A stretch of 48,607 bases of DNA, taken from IMG/VR virus record IMGVR_UViG_3300025390_000012, positions 1 to 48,607 of that record; one strand, 5' to 3'. Source of the DNA: a virus (Duplodnaviria; Caudoviricetes). The position numbers and the translations under genes are program-made. Within the stretch, counting starts at the first letter, position 1; each line of letters begins with the position of its first letter. Positions 1 through 11,002 of this stretch are shown here, in pieces. The notes below the pieces were generated by a model that saw only the letters and a program-made list of their open reading frames with translations, was not told where the DNA came from and did no database searches.

Positions 1-38
1 TTGTCTGCCGTCATGCTGGTTAATTGTGCGCGACTCAT
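1..38 (-). CDS. 5' fragment of a fibre cassette protein (MSRAQLTSMTAD...), truncated by the window edge
   Basis: ATG at 36-38; identical to the start of 41040..42107. Confidence 0.85.
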   Translation of the reverse strand, partial: MSRAQLTSMTAD

Positions 39-215
39 TTATTCACCTGCCTGTGGTGTAGAAGAGTTGGATGGGAGTGTGCTATTTGCTTGCTGAGCGT
101 CATAATCAGCCTTGAGCATTGAGGTAAAAGACCCGTCAGCATGAGCGATGATGGCAAATGTTGTAACCGCATTTGTAAATGGGTCTGTTTCATCAATAAA
201 AGTAACTGTATCCAT
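39..215 (-). CDS. Small 58-aa fibre-associated protein (putative chaperone)
   Basis: Hand translation MDTVTFIDETDPF...STLPSNSSTPQAGE. TAATG overlap with the upstream fibre gene. Below the ORF-track cutoff. Confidence 0.75.
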   Translation of the reverse strand: MDTVTFIDETDPFTNAVTTFAIIAHADGSFTSMLKADYDAQQANSTLPSNSSTPQAGE

Positions 216-1606
216 TATAGTTCAGCACCTAATCCTAAATAAGCAGAAGAATTACCATTATACAAAACTGTATAAAGTGCGCCAGCAGATAATCCGCTAC
301 CTACTGTCAAACGAACATTGGACAACTGGCCATCACTTGTTTGCGCTGTAACCGCAGTCACGGCAATAGTTCCAGTTCCGGCATAAGGCGTTAGAGCAAT
401 ACTGTTGTAATCAATGGTTGCATAACTTGTTCTCATTGTTACTGGCAAAGAAAGAAACAAATCTGCTTGTGTGCCAGAAAATGCAGTTGCTCGGCCAATC
501 ATTTGATAAGCGCCGCCATTATTTGCAGTACGCCAGTAATACCTCTGACAAGCGGCTAACTCCCCCTGAACTGTTCCAGTAGCAGTTGTGAACGGTGTTG
601 CTACTGAACCTGATTCAATCTGCCAACCCCAAGTGTCAATGGTTTGAGTTGTGTTGAGCGGAAACTTTAACCCAATCTCTACAAAAGAACCTGCTCCAAT
701 AGTTTTGCCGGATACAGATGGCATTGAGAAAGTCCATGTGTATCTTGCCCATGAAGTCGTCACATTGATAGTCGCATCAGTTACAACTGAGTAATCAGTT
801 CCAGAACCACCTGAGCCATAATTGCGGTTGATGGCAAAGTTTACTGTTCTGGCGGTGTCTGCTTTTAGCCACATTGAAAGTGTTGCAGTTTGACCAGCAA
901 AAGTCCGAACATCCTCAACGCGATGATATGCGCCAGAATAGGTAGCGCTAGAACCGGCAACGCTTTGGTTGAAGCGGTAAAAGTAAGCAGATTCGTAGCC
1001 TGTTACGGGCGCAGTTCCCGGCGTAAAGGTTTGTTGGCTAACTGTCTTAGTCCAACCAGAGCCGTTGCCGTAAATGGTGAAACGATCAGCCGTGTAGGTG
1101 TTGTCAGTTGGGTTTGAGAATGATGTGCCACGCTGCCAGATACCAAAGTCACCATTGATAATCTTATTCTTGCCCGCTAGGAATTGGTTTGTCCAACTTA
1201 CCCCACCACCAGCAGAAGAGTTTGCCACGAGTGTTGTACCGTCAGCGCCGACAGCAAGGTTTGTAAGGCTTGCTGATCCATTGGCTACAAGCAAATCGCC
1301 TTTGGCGGTTACTGTAGAACTAGGGATAGAGTTGGCTACGTTAAATACTGAAGGTGCGCTGACAGTGGCAATATCGCCTGCTACCAAGGCATTGTTTAGT
1401 ACCACAGTGGTACCAGTAGAAGCTGTGTAGTCTGTGCCACGGACGAGCAATACGCCGTTGACAAATACTTCTTCAGCTCCAGGAGTATAGGTCAGAGACT
1501 GGCTAAAGCCATCTGTACCTGAAAGGGTTGTCTCACCGCCAGTGGCCGTATAGCGCCACTGCTTGATGGTTACACCCTGTGTATTTGGGTGACGGTTAAC
1601 TGACAT
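215..1606 (-). CDS. Tail fibre / receptor-binding protein with a carbohydrate-binding-like beta domain (allele A)
   Basis: Motifs AGKNKIINGDFxIWQRGT and ATPFTTA...QGELAACQRYY; S/T/G-rich. Start moved to ATG 1606 (MSVNRHP) to match the allele at 43582. Confidence 0.8.
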   Translation of the reverse strand: MSVNRHPNTQGVTIKQWRYTATGGETTLSGTDGFSQSLTYTPGAEEVFVNGVLLVRGTDYTASTGTTVVLNNALVAGDIATVSAPSVFNVANSIPSSTVTAKGDLLVANGSASLTNLAVGADGTTLVANSSAGGGVSWTNQFLAGKNKIINGDFGIWQRGTSFSNPTDNTYTADRFTIYGNGSGWTKTVSQQTFTPGTAPVTGYESAYFYRFNQSVAGSSATYSGAYHRVEDVRTFAGQTATLSMWLKADTARTVNFAINRNYGSGGSGTDYSVVTDATINVTTSWARYTWTFSMPSVSGKTIGAGSFVEIGLKFPLNTTQTIDTWGWQIESGSVATPFTTATGTVQGELAACQRYYWRTANNGGAYQMIGRATAFSGTQADLFLSLPVTMRTSYATIDYNSIALTPYAGTGTIAVTAVTAQTSDGQLSNVRLTVGSGLSAGALYTVLYNGNSSAYLGLGAEL

Positions 1607-1607
1607 A

Positions 1608-1958
1608 TTAAGAAATTTCCGATCCGAAAGCGTTAAAGGAAACTGATGTGCTTGACGCAGCAATTGAGATAATGTCGGTGTTGGCAAGGGTAATGCCAAG
1701 GGTCAATGTGTCTGTAGCGTCACTACCAAGAAGAACATCGTAGGCAATGTACTGCTTAGGAGTATCTGAAGCACCTGCCACACGGACTGAGACACGATAT
1801 GTCTGAGGTGTGGTTGCTTGGTTACAAATAGAAATTGTGGATACTACAGCTGCCGCTGTTCCAGATGGGGTGTAGAGGGTAGTGAGGTTAGACGAAGCAC
1901 CCGCAGCTGTTGTAGATGCTGGCACCGCCTGCCCAAGTACCTTATATGCTGTTGCCAT
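1608..1958 (-). CDS. Virion structural/adaptor protein (MATAYKVLGQ family)
   Basis: 116-aa beta-rich ORF with upstream AAGGAAG; close allele at 43584..43934. Confidence 0.75.
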   Translation of the reverse strand: MATAYKVLGQAVPASTTAAGASSNLTTLYTPSGTAAAVVSTISICNQATTPQTYRVSVRVAGASDTPKQYIAYDVLLGSDATDTLTLGITLANTDIISIAASSTSVSFNAFGSEIS

Positions 1959-1984
1959 TTATCTTCCTTTTCTTGGTAATTGGG

Positions 1985-2386
1985 TCATCCACCCATTGTT
2001 AAAAGTGAAAAATTGATTACATCGCTTACGCCAGCGATAGTGTCTGCTACCCCGTGGACATTGCTTGTAGCAGCGATATGCTGTTGCGCTTCTGTCATAT
2101 CCTGTGCAGTAATAACGTGGCGAACAACTGCTCCTACATTGTGGTTGGTAGGGCTGGTGCTATTAAAGCCACGGGTAATGCTGAGGGTGTAAGGGCCTGT
2201 GCCCGTCACCGCATTTACCTGTACAAGTTCTTCAGAAGATGTGTTGTAATCAAGAGCTACAATGTAAGGCGTGCTGCTTGGGTAGCCAACAAGGTTGCTA
2301 ACGATAACGCTTCCAGCGCTTCCATTAATTGAACTGGCAACCGTTGTATCTTGCGCAGTAGCGGAGTAATATCTATTAACAGCCAT
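1985..2386 (-). CDS. Virion structural protein (tail-associated)
   Basis: 133-aa ORF with EELV...ITRG motif and C-terminal LLTMGG; allele at 43961..44356. Confidence 0.75.
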   Translation of the reverse strand: MAVNRYYSATAQDTTVASSINGSAGSVIVSNLVGYPSSTPYIVALDYNTSSEELVQVNAVTGTGPYTLSITRGFNSTSPTNHNVGAVVRHVITAQDMTEAQQHIAATSNVHGVADTIAGVSDVINFSLLTMGG

Positions 2387-2395
2387 CTGCCTGCC

Positions 2396-3286
2396 TTATC
2401 GACTATAGTGGGTGCGTGGTGGGTACTGTTCAGCCTGACGCGCTACTTCTACTGCTAGGCGTTGCTGGTACATCTGATAAAAATAACGGCTCATGTTGGT
2501 AGCAGATCCAACTGGGTTGGACTGATCCTGAGCGCCTGCTTCAGCAGAGATTGCTGGGATACGACCCATGTCGACATAGGCTGCTGAACGATAGGCAGCG
2601 CCAAGGATAATTACTTCACGGGCTGACTCTGGCAAGCCAGTGGTGGTAAAGTCATCATTGTCATTCTGCAACTGTGTAGGCTTTTTAGTGTAGACAACCT
2701 GCACTGTGCGACCTGGGATAATGCCATCAGAGATGGAGATTGTCTTTCCGCTGTTCCAGACTAATGGGTTAGCAGTACGGTCAATGCGATAATGGCGAAC
2801 TGGTAGCCATTCAAGAGATGGACCGATTGTTTGCCATGATACTGCGATAGCATCAATTGCTTCCTGGGGAAGCTGGTATGTTGTGCGAGCAGCAAGGAAT
2901 GGGAAAGTTGTGTAGTACACGCCAAAGAGGCTTGGGTATACAGCTTCAATTGCCTCGTTAACATCCTTGCGGATCATTGCTCGTGGGAAAGAAGGTGTAA
3001 TGGTGACGCGTGTTCCAGCAGTGTGCGGGATTGGCGTAGTGTCTCTAAAGCCACGGCCATATGGCGGGATGGTTGCTGTATTGGTTGTACGGTCAAATGA
3101 GTCAACCCAGATCAACTCTTCGTCAATTTCTACAATACCGCGGGTGAGGACTGTGCCATCTGCTACGGTAAAGGAAAGATCTGTAGCGCCTAGATCACCT
3201 ACTAAGAATGTGGCCTGATCTTGACGGGCTGTATAACCAGTAAGCGCAAGCGCTGTCTCGTCAATAAGGTCTGAAAATAATGTCAT
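2396..3286 (-). CDS. Head-tail adaptor / tail tubular protein A-like
   Basis: 296 aa in the structural operon; helical N- and C-terminal parts (LPESAREVIILGAAYR); allele at 44366..45256. Confidence 0.6.
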   Translation of the reverse strand: MTLFSDLIDETALALTGYTARQDQATFLVGDLGATDLSFTVADGTVLTRGIVEIDEELIWVDSFDRTTNTATIPPYGRGFRDTTPIPHTAGTRVTITPSFPRAMIRKDVNEAIEAVYPSLFGVYYTTFPFLAARTTYQLPQEAIDAIAVSWQTIGPSLEWLPVRHYRIDRTANPLVWNSGKTISISDGIIPGRTVQVVYTKKPTQLQNDNDDFTTTGLPESAREVIILGAAYRSAAYVDMGRIPAISAEAGAQDQSNPVGSATNMSRYFYQMYQQRLAVEVARQAEQYPPRTHYSR

Positions 3287-3567
3287 GAAACGATCCTCGA
3301 TGCTGCCGCTGCTTCACCATAACCGTACACGCCAGCCAAAGCGTTAAGAACGCCAGGAGTATCTAGGTGCAGATTAAGTCCGCCATTGCGGGAAGCATAG
3401 ATAAGGTTGAGAGCATCAATGCCGCGAGTGGCGTTGTGCCCAGGAATTACTCTATTGGCCCATTGAACGGCAGCGCCGTTAACATCCCATTGGGGAACTG
3501 AATTGACGATAGTTCCTGCCAAACGGTTTAAATGCCATACAACTGGTTTGCCATCGTCAACTGCCAT
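3283..3567 (-). CDS. Hypothetical structural-region protein
   Basis: 94 aa with repeated LNRLAG/LNALAG; allele at 45253..45516. Confidence 0.7.
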   Translation of the reverse strand: MAVDDGKPVVWHLNRLAGTIVNSVPQWDVNGAAVQWANRVIPGHNATRGIDALNLIYASRNGGLNLHLDTPGVLNALAGVYGYGEAAAASRIVS

Positions 3568-3810
3568 TTACTTGCCTTTCGCTGGATGGTTTTTATGCCA
3601 TTTTTTTACTGCTGCTACGCCAGCAGCTACAGTTTTTACATCTGCTTTTTTAGTCAGATCAATTTTCTTAAATGTTGTCTTTTTAGAACCAGGATGGTTC
3701 ACGACAATATCGCCATTGGTGGCTCTAACAATTGTGTGCTTTTGTCCACCAATGGTGATTGAATCTGATATTGCTTGTTTGGCGTTGCCTTTATTTACTT
3801 TGTTGGCCAT
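3568..3810 (-). CDS. Basic hypothetical protein
   Basis: 80-aa Lys-rich ORF abutting its neighbours; shorter allele at 45516..45632. Confidence 0.65.
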   Translation of the reverse strand: MANKVNKGNAKQAISDSITIGGQKHTIVRATNGDIVVNHPGSKKTTFKKIDLTKKADVKTVAAGVAAVKKWHKNHPAKGK

Positions 3811-3929
3811 TTGACTGTACCGCCAACACCCGCATAGCCACCCTTTGGATCTAGGTTTGGCTTGCCGTCTAGCTTCTCAGTTGCTGGAACTTTAACTGCG
3901 TTGTTATTGCATCCGCATGACATGCACAT
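3795..3929 (-). CDS. Small Cys-motif protein (MCMSCGC...), 44 aa
   Basis: Hand translation; conserved as an ORF in allele 45617..45745. Confidence 0.7.
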   Translation of the reverse strand: MCMSCGCNNNAVKVPATEKLDGKPNLDPKGGYAGVGGTVKWPTK

Positions 3930-3931
3930 AA

Positions 3932-4099
3932 TTAGCCCTTGACTTTCTTGAGGTTTGGATTTTTCTTCTTTGCTGCTGGGCTAGCGTTACGAGTAGAAGA
4001 AGCAAGAATTGCTCCTGCGCTCTTCATAGATACGCCAGACTTTTTAGCGATTTGCTTTTGGGCGGCTGCAAAGCCCATACCCTTTTTAGCTGCTGCCAT
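3932..4099 (-). CDS. Small Lys/Ala-rich basic protein, 55 aa
   Basis: Hand translation MAAAKKGMGFAAAQKQIAKK...; allele at 45747..45932; TAATG overlap. Confidence 0.75.
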   Translation of the reverse strand: MAAAKKGMGFAAAQKQIAKKSGVSMKSAGAILASSTRNASPAAKKKNPNLKKVKG

Positions 4100-4431
4100 T
4101 AGATTGCTCCTATTTCGTTCATTACCTTCGCTGACTGCTTGGTAATTTTCTTAGCTGCTGGCATTGAGCCAGCGTCGAAAGGTTTGCCTAATTTGTCACT
4201 TGCTTCCAGTGACTCGGCAACAGCCTTCATAGTTGTGCCTGCTGGTTGAATGCCTTGCTTGCGTGCCTTGTCATAGGCATTAAGTTCTGCATCCCAGCGC
4301 TTCTTGGTCATGGTCTTGTTGCTATTAGCATCACCAGAGTTGATTTGAATACCTGCATCTTGTAGGCATTCAGCGTAAGTTTCGTGGTTTTTAAGTAAGC
4401 ATCCTGAACGACAGTTATCTCCGAGTGCCAT
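4099..4431 (-). CDS. Hypothetical protein with Cys/His-rich N-terminus
   Basis: Start moved to ATG 4431 (AGGAG RBS). C-terminal WDAELNAY...GIQPAGT is shared with 45932..46375. Confidence 0.75.
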   Translation of the reverse strand: MALGDNCRSGCLLKNHETYAECLQDAGIQINSGDANSNKTMTKKRWDAELNAYDKARKQGIQPAGTTMKAVAESLEASDKLGKPFDAGSMPAAKKITKQSAKVMNEIGAI

Positions 4432-5482
4432 GTTTCTCCTTGGCTTGTCTAAAAAATTTAAGGTTACGCAGTATGCGATCATTTTCTTCGCCGTTGGCTT
4501 TAGATGCGGCATTGGCAAAGGTAATCGCCTCATCGATAAAGCCCAATTCCCATGAGGATATGCTGGCTAGGTCGTAGGCTTTCCAATCCCATACCGATGA
4601 GTCGTAGCAATAGTGAACGCTACGATGACACTCAATGGCCTTGATGGAAGCATCTAAGCATTGTTGCCAACGCTTGTTACGATAAGCGTCTAGCGCAACT
4701 GAAAACCAAGGCTCACCTTCGTTGGGTAGTATATGAGCGCCACGCTCAGCCCATTTAGTTGCCTCTTCAGCTTTACCTTGATGGTGACATGCTTCAGCAG
4801 CCCACCGACAGGTGGCAGCCTCTTCTACATTCCATCCGCCAAGTTCCATTCGCTTTTCAGCAGATGCAACTACATCATCCCAGCGACGGTAGAAGTAGTA
4901 CTCGCGTACCATGTAAGTCCACATGCGTGGATCTTGGGGAAACTCTTTAACACACATCTCAAGCATGGGCAGGTACTGCCCGCGAGATTTGTTATTGTCT
5001 GGTTTATGGCTAATGATCGCATTCTTGATGGTGCAATACTTCGGCTCATTAGGTCCGTAGTAAACTGCTACCTCATGAATTGGATATTTCCAATGCCAGT
5101 TGTTGCGAGTATGGATCTTGTCCTTTTGCCACTTGCTACCCGTATCAAATGTTACCCATCCAGCATCTGCTGTTGGGTCCCACTGCTTACGAACTTCCTG
5201 GAAAAAATTTTTATGGATAACTTCATCCATATCCACAAAGACGCAAATGTCTACATCTGCTGGTATGAGCGCAAGAGACGCGTTCCGCGCCACATCAAAA
5301 CGCCAAGGCCTAACACTAATATCGTGAACAGTAACACCCATTTCACGGAGCTTTTCTTGTGTGCCATCAGTTGATCCTGTATCTGCTACTATTCGATAGT
5401 CAGCGCCTTCGGCTGCCTTTGCCCATCTTTCGGCATGCAGTATTTCATTAAGAGCAATGGCATAGACTGCAATCTTGGGCAT
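4415..5482 (-). CDS. Glycosyltransferase family 2 with C-terminal TPR-like repeats (allele A)
   Basis: IVADTGSTDGT, FDVARN and DMDE (DxD) GT-A motifs; helical C-terminus. Confidence 0.88.
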   Translation of the reverse strand: MPKIAVYAIALNEILHAERWAKAAEGADYRIVADTGSTDGTQEKLREMGVTVHDISVRPWRFDVARNASLALIPADVDICVFVDMDEVIHKNFFQEVRKQWDPTADAGWVTFDTGSKWQKDKIHTRNNWHWKYPIHEVAVYYGPNEPKYCTIKNAIISHKPDNNKSRGQYLPMLEMCVKEFPQDPRMWTYMVREYYFYRRWDDVVASAEKRMELGGWNVEEAATCRWAAEACHHQGKAEEATKWAERGAHILPNEGEPWFSVALDAYRNKRWQQCLDASIKAIECHRSVHYCYDSSVWDWKAYDLASISSWELGFIDEAITFANAASKANGEENDRILRNLKFFRQAKEKHGTRR

Positions 5483-5494
5483 ACCGCTATAGTA

Positions 5495-7590
<2,096 letters not shown>

Positions 7591-7598
7591 TGTGTCTC

Positions 7599-7859
7599 CT
7601 ATGCTGTTGTGGTTATGTACTGGCCATAACCACCATTGACAAGAATGTTATATTCGACTGGGGTGATGACATATTCATGTCCACCCAAATAGCAGTAGTC
7701 TGCTGCCTGTGTTTCATCTACACCTGGCGTACGCTCACGCACAATGGCTGTGCCGTAAACCAAGATGCTATCGCCACGAGCAATTCTAAAGCGCCAGAAT
7801 AAGCGGCTAAAACCTGCTGGTGCTTCTTCCACCGTTGGTGGTTTAAAGATGTATGTCAT
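7599..7859 (-). CDS. Hypothetical protein downstream of the major capsid gene
   Basis: 86-aa ORF with GAAAGG RBS; YLGGHEY motif. Confidence 0.7.
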   Translation of the reverse strand: MTYIFKPPTVEEAPAGFSRLFWRFRIARGDSILVYGTAIVRERTPGVDETQAADYCYLGGHEYVITPVEYNILVNGGYGQYITTTA

Positions 7860-7876
7860 GGCTACCTTTCAAGGGC

Positions 7877-7914
7877 GTTGCCACCCGCCCCCACGTGCGA
7901 GGGCGGGCAACAAC
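7877..7914 (-). terminator. GC-rich hairpin after the major capsid stop (attenuator/terminator without a U-tract)
   Basis: GTTGCCACCCGCCC-N10-GGGCGGGCAACAAC inverted repeat. Confidence 0.5.
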
Positions 7915-7921
7915 TACTCAA

Positions 7922-8959
7922 TTATGAGTTGTGGATTGAAGATGTTGATTCGAGACGAACCAATGCGGCGTCACGGTAACGGCTCCAGCCGAGTACACCG
8001 TACCAACCGATTGGACGGAAACGCATCAACTTATCAACAATTGGTCCGAAGATAACGTGTGGTTCTTCGGCAACTGCTTCTGCAAGTGCTTGCTTACCAG
8101 CAACAAGTGTACGGAATACACGTACGCCACCTGTAGCGTTGACATATGAAGAAGTACCAAAAGTACCTGAAGATGAACCAGCACCTGTACCGTCGGTAGC
8201 GCTGAACAAACGAGGAGACTCAACAAACATTGCGCCTTCGTATGTTCCGATTGTACCTGGCCAGAATTCTGAAGCACCGTTCTCAGAATACTTATGGTCA
8301 TCACGCCATCCGCCTGCGCCAGTTTCTGAGCGTAGGTCGTATGAAACTTCTGGGTGGATACCACACCAGTAGTATTCGCCTTGACGTGGGACAGCCTTGT
8401 TAGCACGCAACTTAGCAACTGCGGTACGAACCATTGCTGCTGAGATTACGTCTGTATTCTTGATTGAGGCTTGTGTTGTTCCGTTGGTGTATGAACCAGC
8501 GTATGTTGAAACGATAGCACCGTTGACCTTAGCAATTGCGTTTGGTCCACCAACAAGGGTGTTAAGAACAGTTGTATCAAGTGAGTCAGCCATGTTAAAG
8601 GCGATGATGTCTGCAATTGCAGGATCAACGTCTGAAAGGCTGAACAACTCCAACTTGCGTGTTGCAAGTGAAGCGTTACCGTATTCATTGAGTGAAACGG
8701 TAACTGGTGTTGTGTTTCCAAGTGCTACAGCATCTGGATCAACGTCTTCTGACAATGCAGAAGTAACTGGTGATAGATCTGTGTAGATCTGGAATACTAC
8801 TGAAGAACCAGGCATAGCCTGTTGTACTGGACGCTTATCTGCGACATCGCGGATAAGAGGGACAGCACGAAGTGCAAACTCGACATATCGGTCATAGGCT
8901 GTTTGGACGAGTGAGGTACCAAGCGAGCCAGACGATGTATCTGTATATGCGTTTGCCAT
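7922..8959 (-). CDS. Major capsid protein (N4-gp56-like family)
   Basis: 345 aa after the scaffold gene; EYGNA, IHPEVSYDLR, IGTYEG and DKLMRFRPIGWYG motifs. Confidence 0.9.
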   Translation of the reverse strand: MANAYTDTSSGSLGTSLVQTAYDRYVEFALRAVPLIRDVADKRPVQQAMPGSSVVFQIYTDLSPVTSALSEDVDPDAVALGNTTPVTVSLNEYGNASLATRKLELFSLSDVDPAIADIIAFNMADSLDTTVLNTLVGGPNAIAKVNGAIVSTYAGSYTNGTTQASIKNTDVISAAMVRTAVAKLRANKAVPRQGEYYWCGIHPEVSYDLRSETGAGGWRDDHKYSENGASEFWPGTIGTYEGAMFVESPRLFSATDGTGAGSSSGTFGTSSYVNATGGVRVFRTLVAGKQALAEAVAEEPHVIFGPIVDKLMRFRPIGWYGVLGWSRYRDAALVRLESTSSIHNS

Positions 8960-9006
8960 TGTGTCACCTTCTTTCTATAAGGTTTGTGCGTTGGATGGGT
9001 TAAGTG

Positions 9007-9492
9007 CTACCGACGACGCTGGCTGATCTGACCCGTCAGGGCATTCAGTTCGTCAATTGACTTTGCACCTGCGACTTTGGCCATAAGGTCTGCGTCGCGT
9101 GATGGTGTTGATGCGTTTTGGGTTGCGGCATTGATGCGTTGATACGCTGCCTGATTTGCTGCCTGCGCTTCATCGGTAGGAGCAGACTCTGCATTTGCTG
9201 GTTGAAAACCGAATACATCGGCATTCTCAGTAAGCCATGCGTCAACCTGCTCTGGCGTACTTACGTCGCCAGGAATAAACTTGGCTACCTTGTCAGGTAC
9301 ACCTTTCGTTGCCAATACTTCCTTTACGGAACGATTGCGAAGATCGGATTGGATCGAAGCAAGTTGCTCAGCCAATTCTTTCTTTTCTTTCTCTGCACGC
9401 TTTAAAGCCTTGCGGAGATTTGCTGGGCCATCTGCCTGAATCTCTGTATCCAGATCCAAGTCGTCTTCATCATCTTGATATTGGTTTGCCAT
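9007..9492 (-). CDS. Capsid scaffolding protein
   Basis: Acidic N-terminus and coiled coil (LRKALKRAEKEKKELAEQL); immediately upstream of the capsid gene. Confidence 0.75.
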   Translation of the reverse strand: MANQYQDDEDDLDLDTEIQADGPANLRKALKRAEKEKKELAEQLASIQSDLRNRSVKEVLATKGVPDKVAKFIPGDVSTPEQVDAWLTENADVFGFQPANAESAPTDEAQAANQAAYQRINAATQNASTPSRDADLMAKVAGAKSIDELNALTGQISQRRR

Positions 9493-9522
9493 TTCGGCAC
9501 TCCCTTTCGTTGTCGGATTTGC

Positions 9523-9608
9523 GTAAGCCTCAACATTTCCCAGGGGAAGGAGTGTTGGCTCTTACTACCAGTCTTAATACGCGTCATCTATGCTGGTCTT
9601 TAGTGACG
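9523..9608 (-). promoter_or_regulatory. Structured 5' leader of the scaffold gene (hairpin with pseudoknot plus a long hairpin)
   Basis: Stem 9582-9590/9601-9608 whose loop (9593-9597) is complementary to 9567-9571; second stem 9523-9565. Confidence 0.45.
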
Positions 9609-9616
9609 GATCTTGT

Positions 9617-11002
9617 TTAACTTAGGCCGCTAATATCTCGTAGGCCAAGGCTGCCTGTGGCAGCACCTGCAGATCCGCTAAAGGCGGATGTTTCTGCAGT
9701 TGTAAGGCGGTTGATCTGCTGTTGAGCAGCAGCGGCACCTGTGGTATTAAATGTGGATGCAACAAGTGCTTGACCAACATTTGCTGGTCCTGCCACACCT
9801 GCACCATATCGCTCAGCGATTGATTGCAGTGCTGGCTGTTCTTCAGCAATTGTTCTAAATCCTTGCGCTGCCTGAGCCTGTGTAACGCCTTGTGCGGCTA
9901 AGCCCATTTGCAAACCGTTTTGGTTGACATATCCACCAGCCTGTGTATTACCACCTGTATTACCAACGGTAATGGCTACACCAGCACGGGCTGCTTCAGC
10001 GGCAATTGTTGCTGCTTGATATTCCTGTTGAACAATTGGCGCAGATACTTGTGGATCAAGAAGGTGCGAAACAATGGTTGATTGGCTAAGACCAAACTGC
10101 GATTGCAATTGAGAAATAACCGCTGGATCTTCATTTTGCACTGCAGCAGTTGCAGCATCTACACGCTGTTTAACTTCTGCTGGAGAAACATCTGCACCAA
10201 TAAGGTTGCCAAGATAGGATGTTTGCATCAACGGGCTGTTATTTGGAATGCCAGCCATTGTCATAACCTGCTTGTATGACTGCTCATTAGCAATATATGT
10301 AGCAGGATCAAGCGGAGTAAGACCAGCGGCAATACGGGCTTGGTTGCCAACAAAACGCTGTTGCCATTGAGAAACAAGGTTTGTTGCGCTAGACAATTGC
10401 GTGCCTTGCAATCCTAAACCGTTAATAGCAGTCATAGGATCTGGACTATCCAAAATACTGGTAATGGTTGTTGAATCAAGACCAGCCTGAGCAAGCGAAG
10501 TAATACCTGCGCCAACGCCTGAACCTAAACCATAACTTTCAAGAAGTGCTGTTGCCTGAGCGGCAGCATTTGCTTGCGCCGCTGTAGGGCCTGTAGGGCC
10601 TGTAGGACTTACAGGGCTTGTAAGATTTGTTCCGCTAGTAAGATTAGAACCGCTGGTTGCGCCACCTGATGGTGTTGTAGAAGTAGGGCCAGCAACTTGC
10701 GTTTTTACTCCGCTAGCATTAGTAATGGTTGTGGTTGGATTAAGTCCAGCGGCAACATCTGCTGTTACTTTAGCCTTTGCTGCATCAAGAATAGCATTTG
10801 ATTGTTCGCGTTTTACCTCAGAAGCATATGCTGCTCCAGTAAGGTAATTTAAAGGCGAACTAGAAGAAACAGTTGTTGCATTTGGGTTAAATGTTACCTG
10901 CGATGGATCTGGTGGACCAGACTGCACTGGTGTAGATTTTGTGGTTGTTTTTTTGGCAGCAGGCACCACTGTATTGTCTTCTGTTAATTTAGCGCTAGCC
11001 AT
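9617..11002 (-). CDS. Putative internal virion (ejection) protein
   Basis: 461 aa, A/Q/G-rich, with a QRFVGNQAR...TYIANE motif; lies between portal and scaffold. Confidence 0.55.
   Translation of the reverse strand: MASAKLTEDNTVVPAAKKTTTKSTPVQSGPPDPSQVTFNPNATTVSSSSPLNYLTGAAYASEVKREQSNAILDAAKAKVTADVAAGLNPTTTITNASGVKTQVAGPTSTTPSGGATSGSNLTSGTNLTSPVSPTGPTGPTAAQANAAAQATALLESYGLGSGVGAGITSLAQAGLDSTTITSILDSPDPMTAINGLGLQGTQLSSATNLVSQWQQRFVGNQARIAAGLTPLDPATYIANEQSYKQVMTMAGIPNNSPLMQTSYLGNLIGADVSPAEVKQRVDAATAAVQNEDPAVISQLQSQFGLSQSTIVSHLLDPQVSAPIVQQEYQAATIAAEAARAGVAITVGNTGGNTQAGGYVNQNGLQMGLAAQGVTQAQAAQGFRTIAEEQPALQSIAERYGAGVAGPANVGQALVASTFNTTGAAAAQQQINRLTTAETSAFSGSAGAATGSLGLRDISGLS

Noticed and set aside
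215-1606. Diversity-generating retroelement or invertible shufflon acting on the fibre genes
   Set aside because: No reverse transcriptase, invertase or adenine-specific TR/VR pair was seen, and all cassettes are in the same orientation
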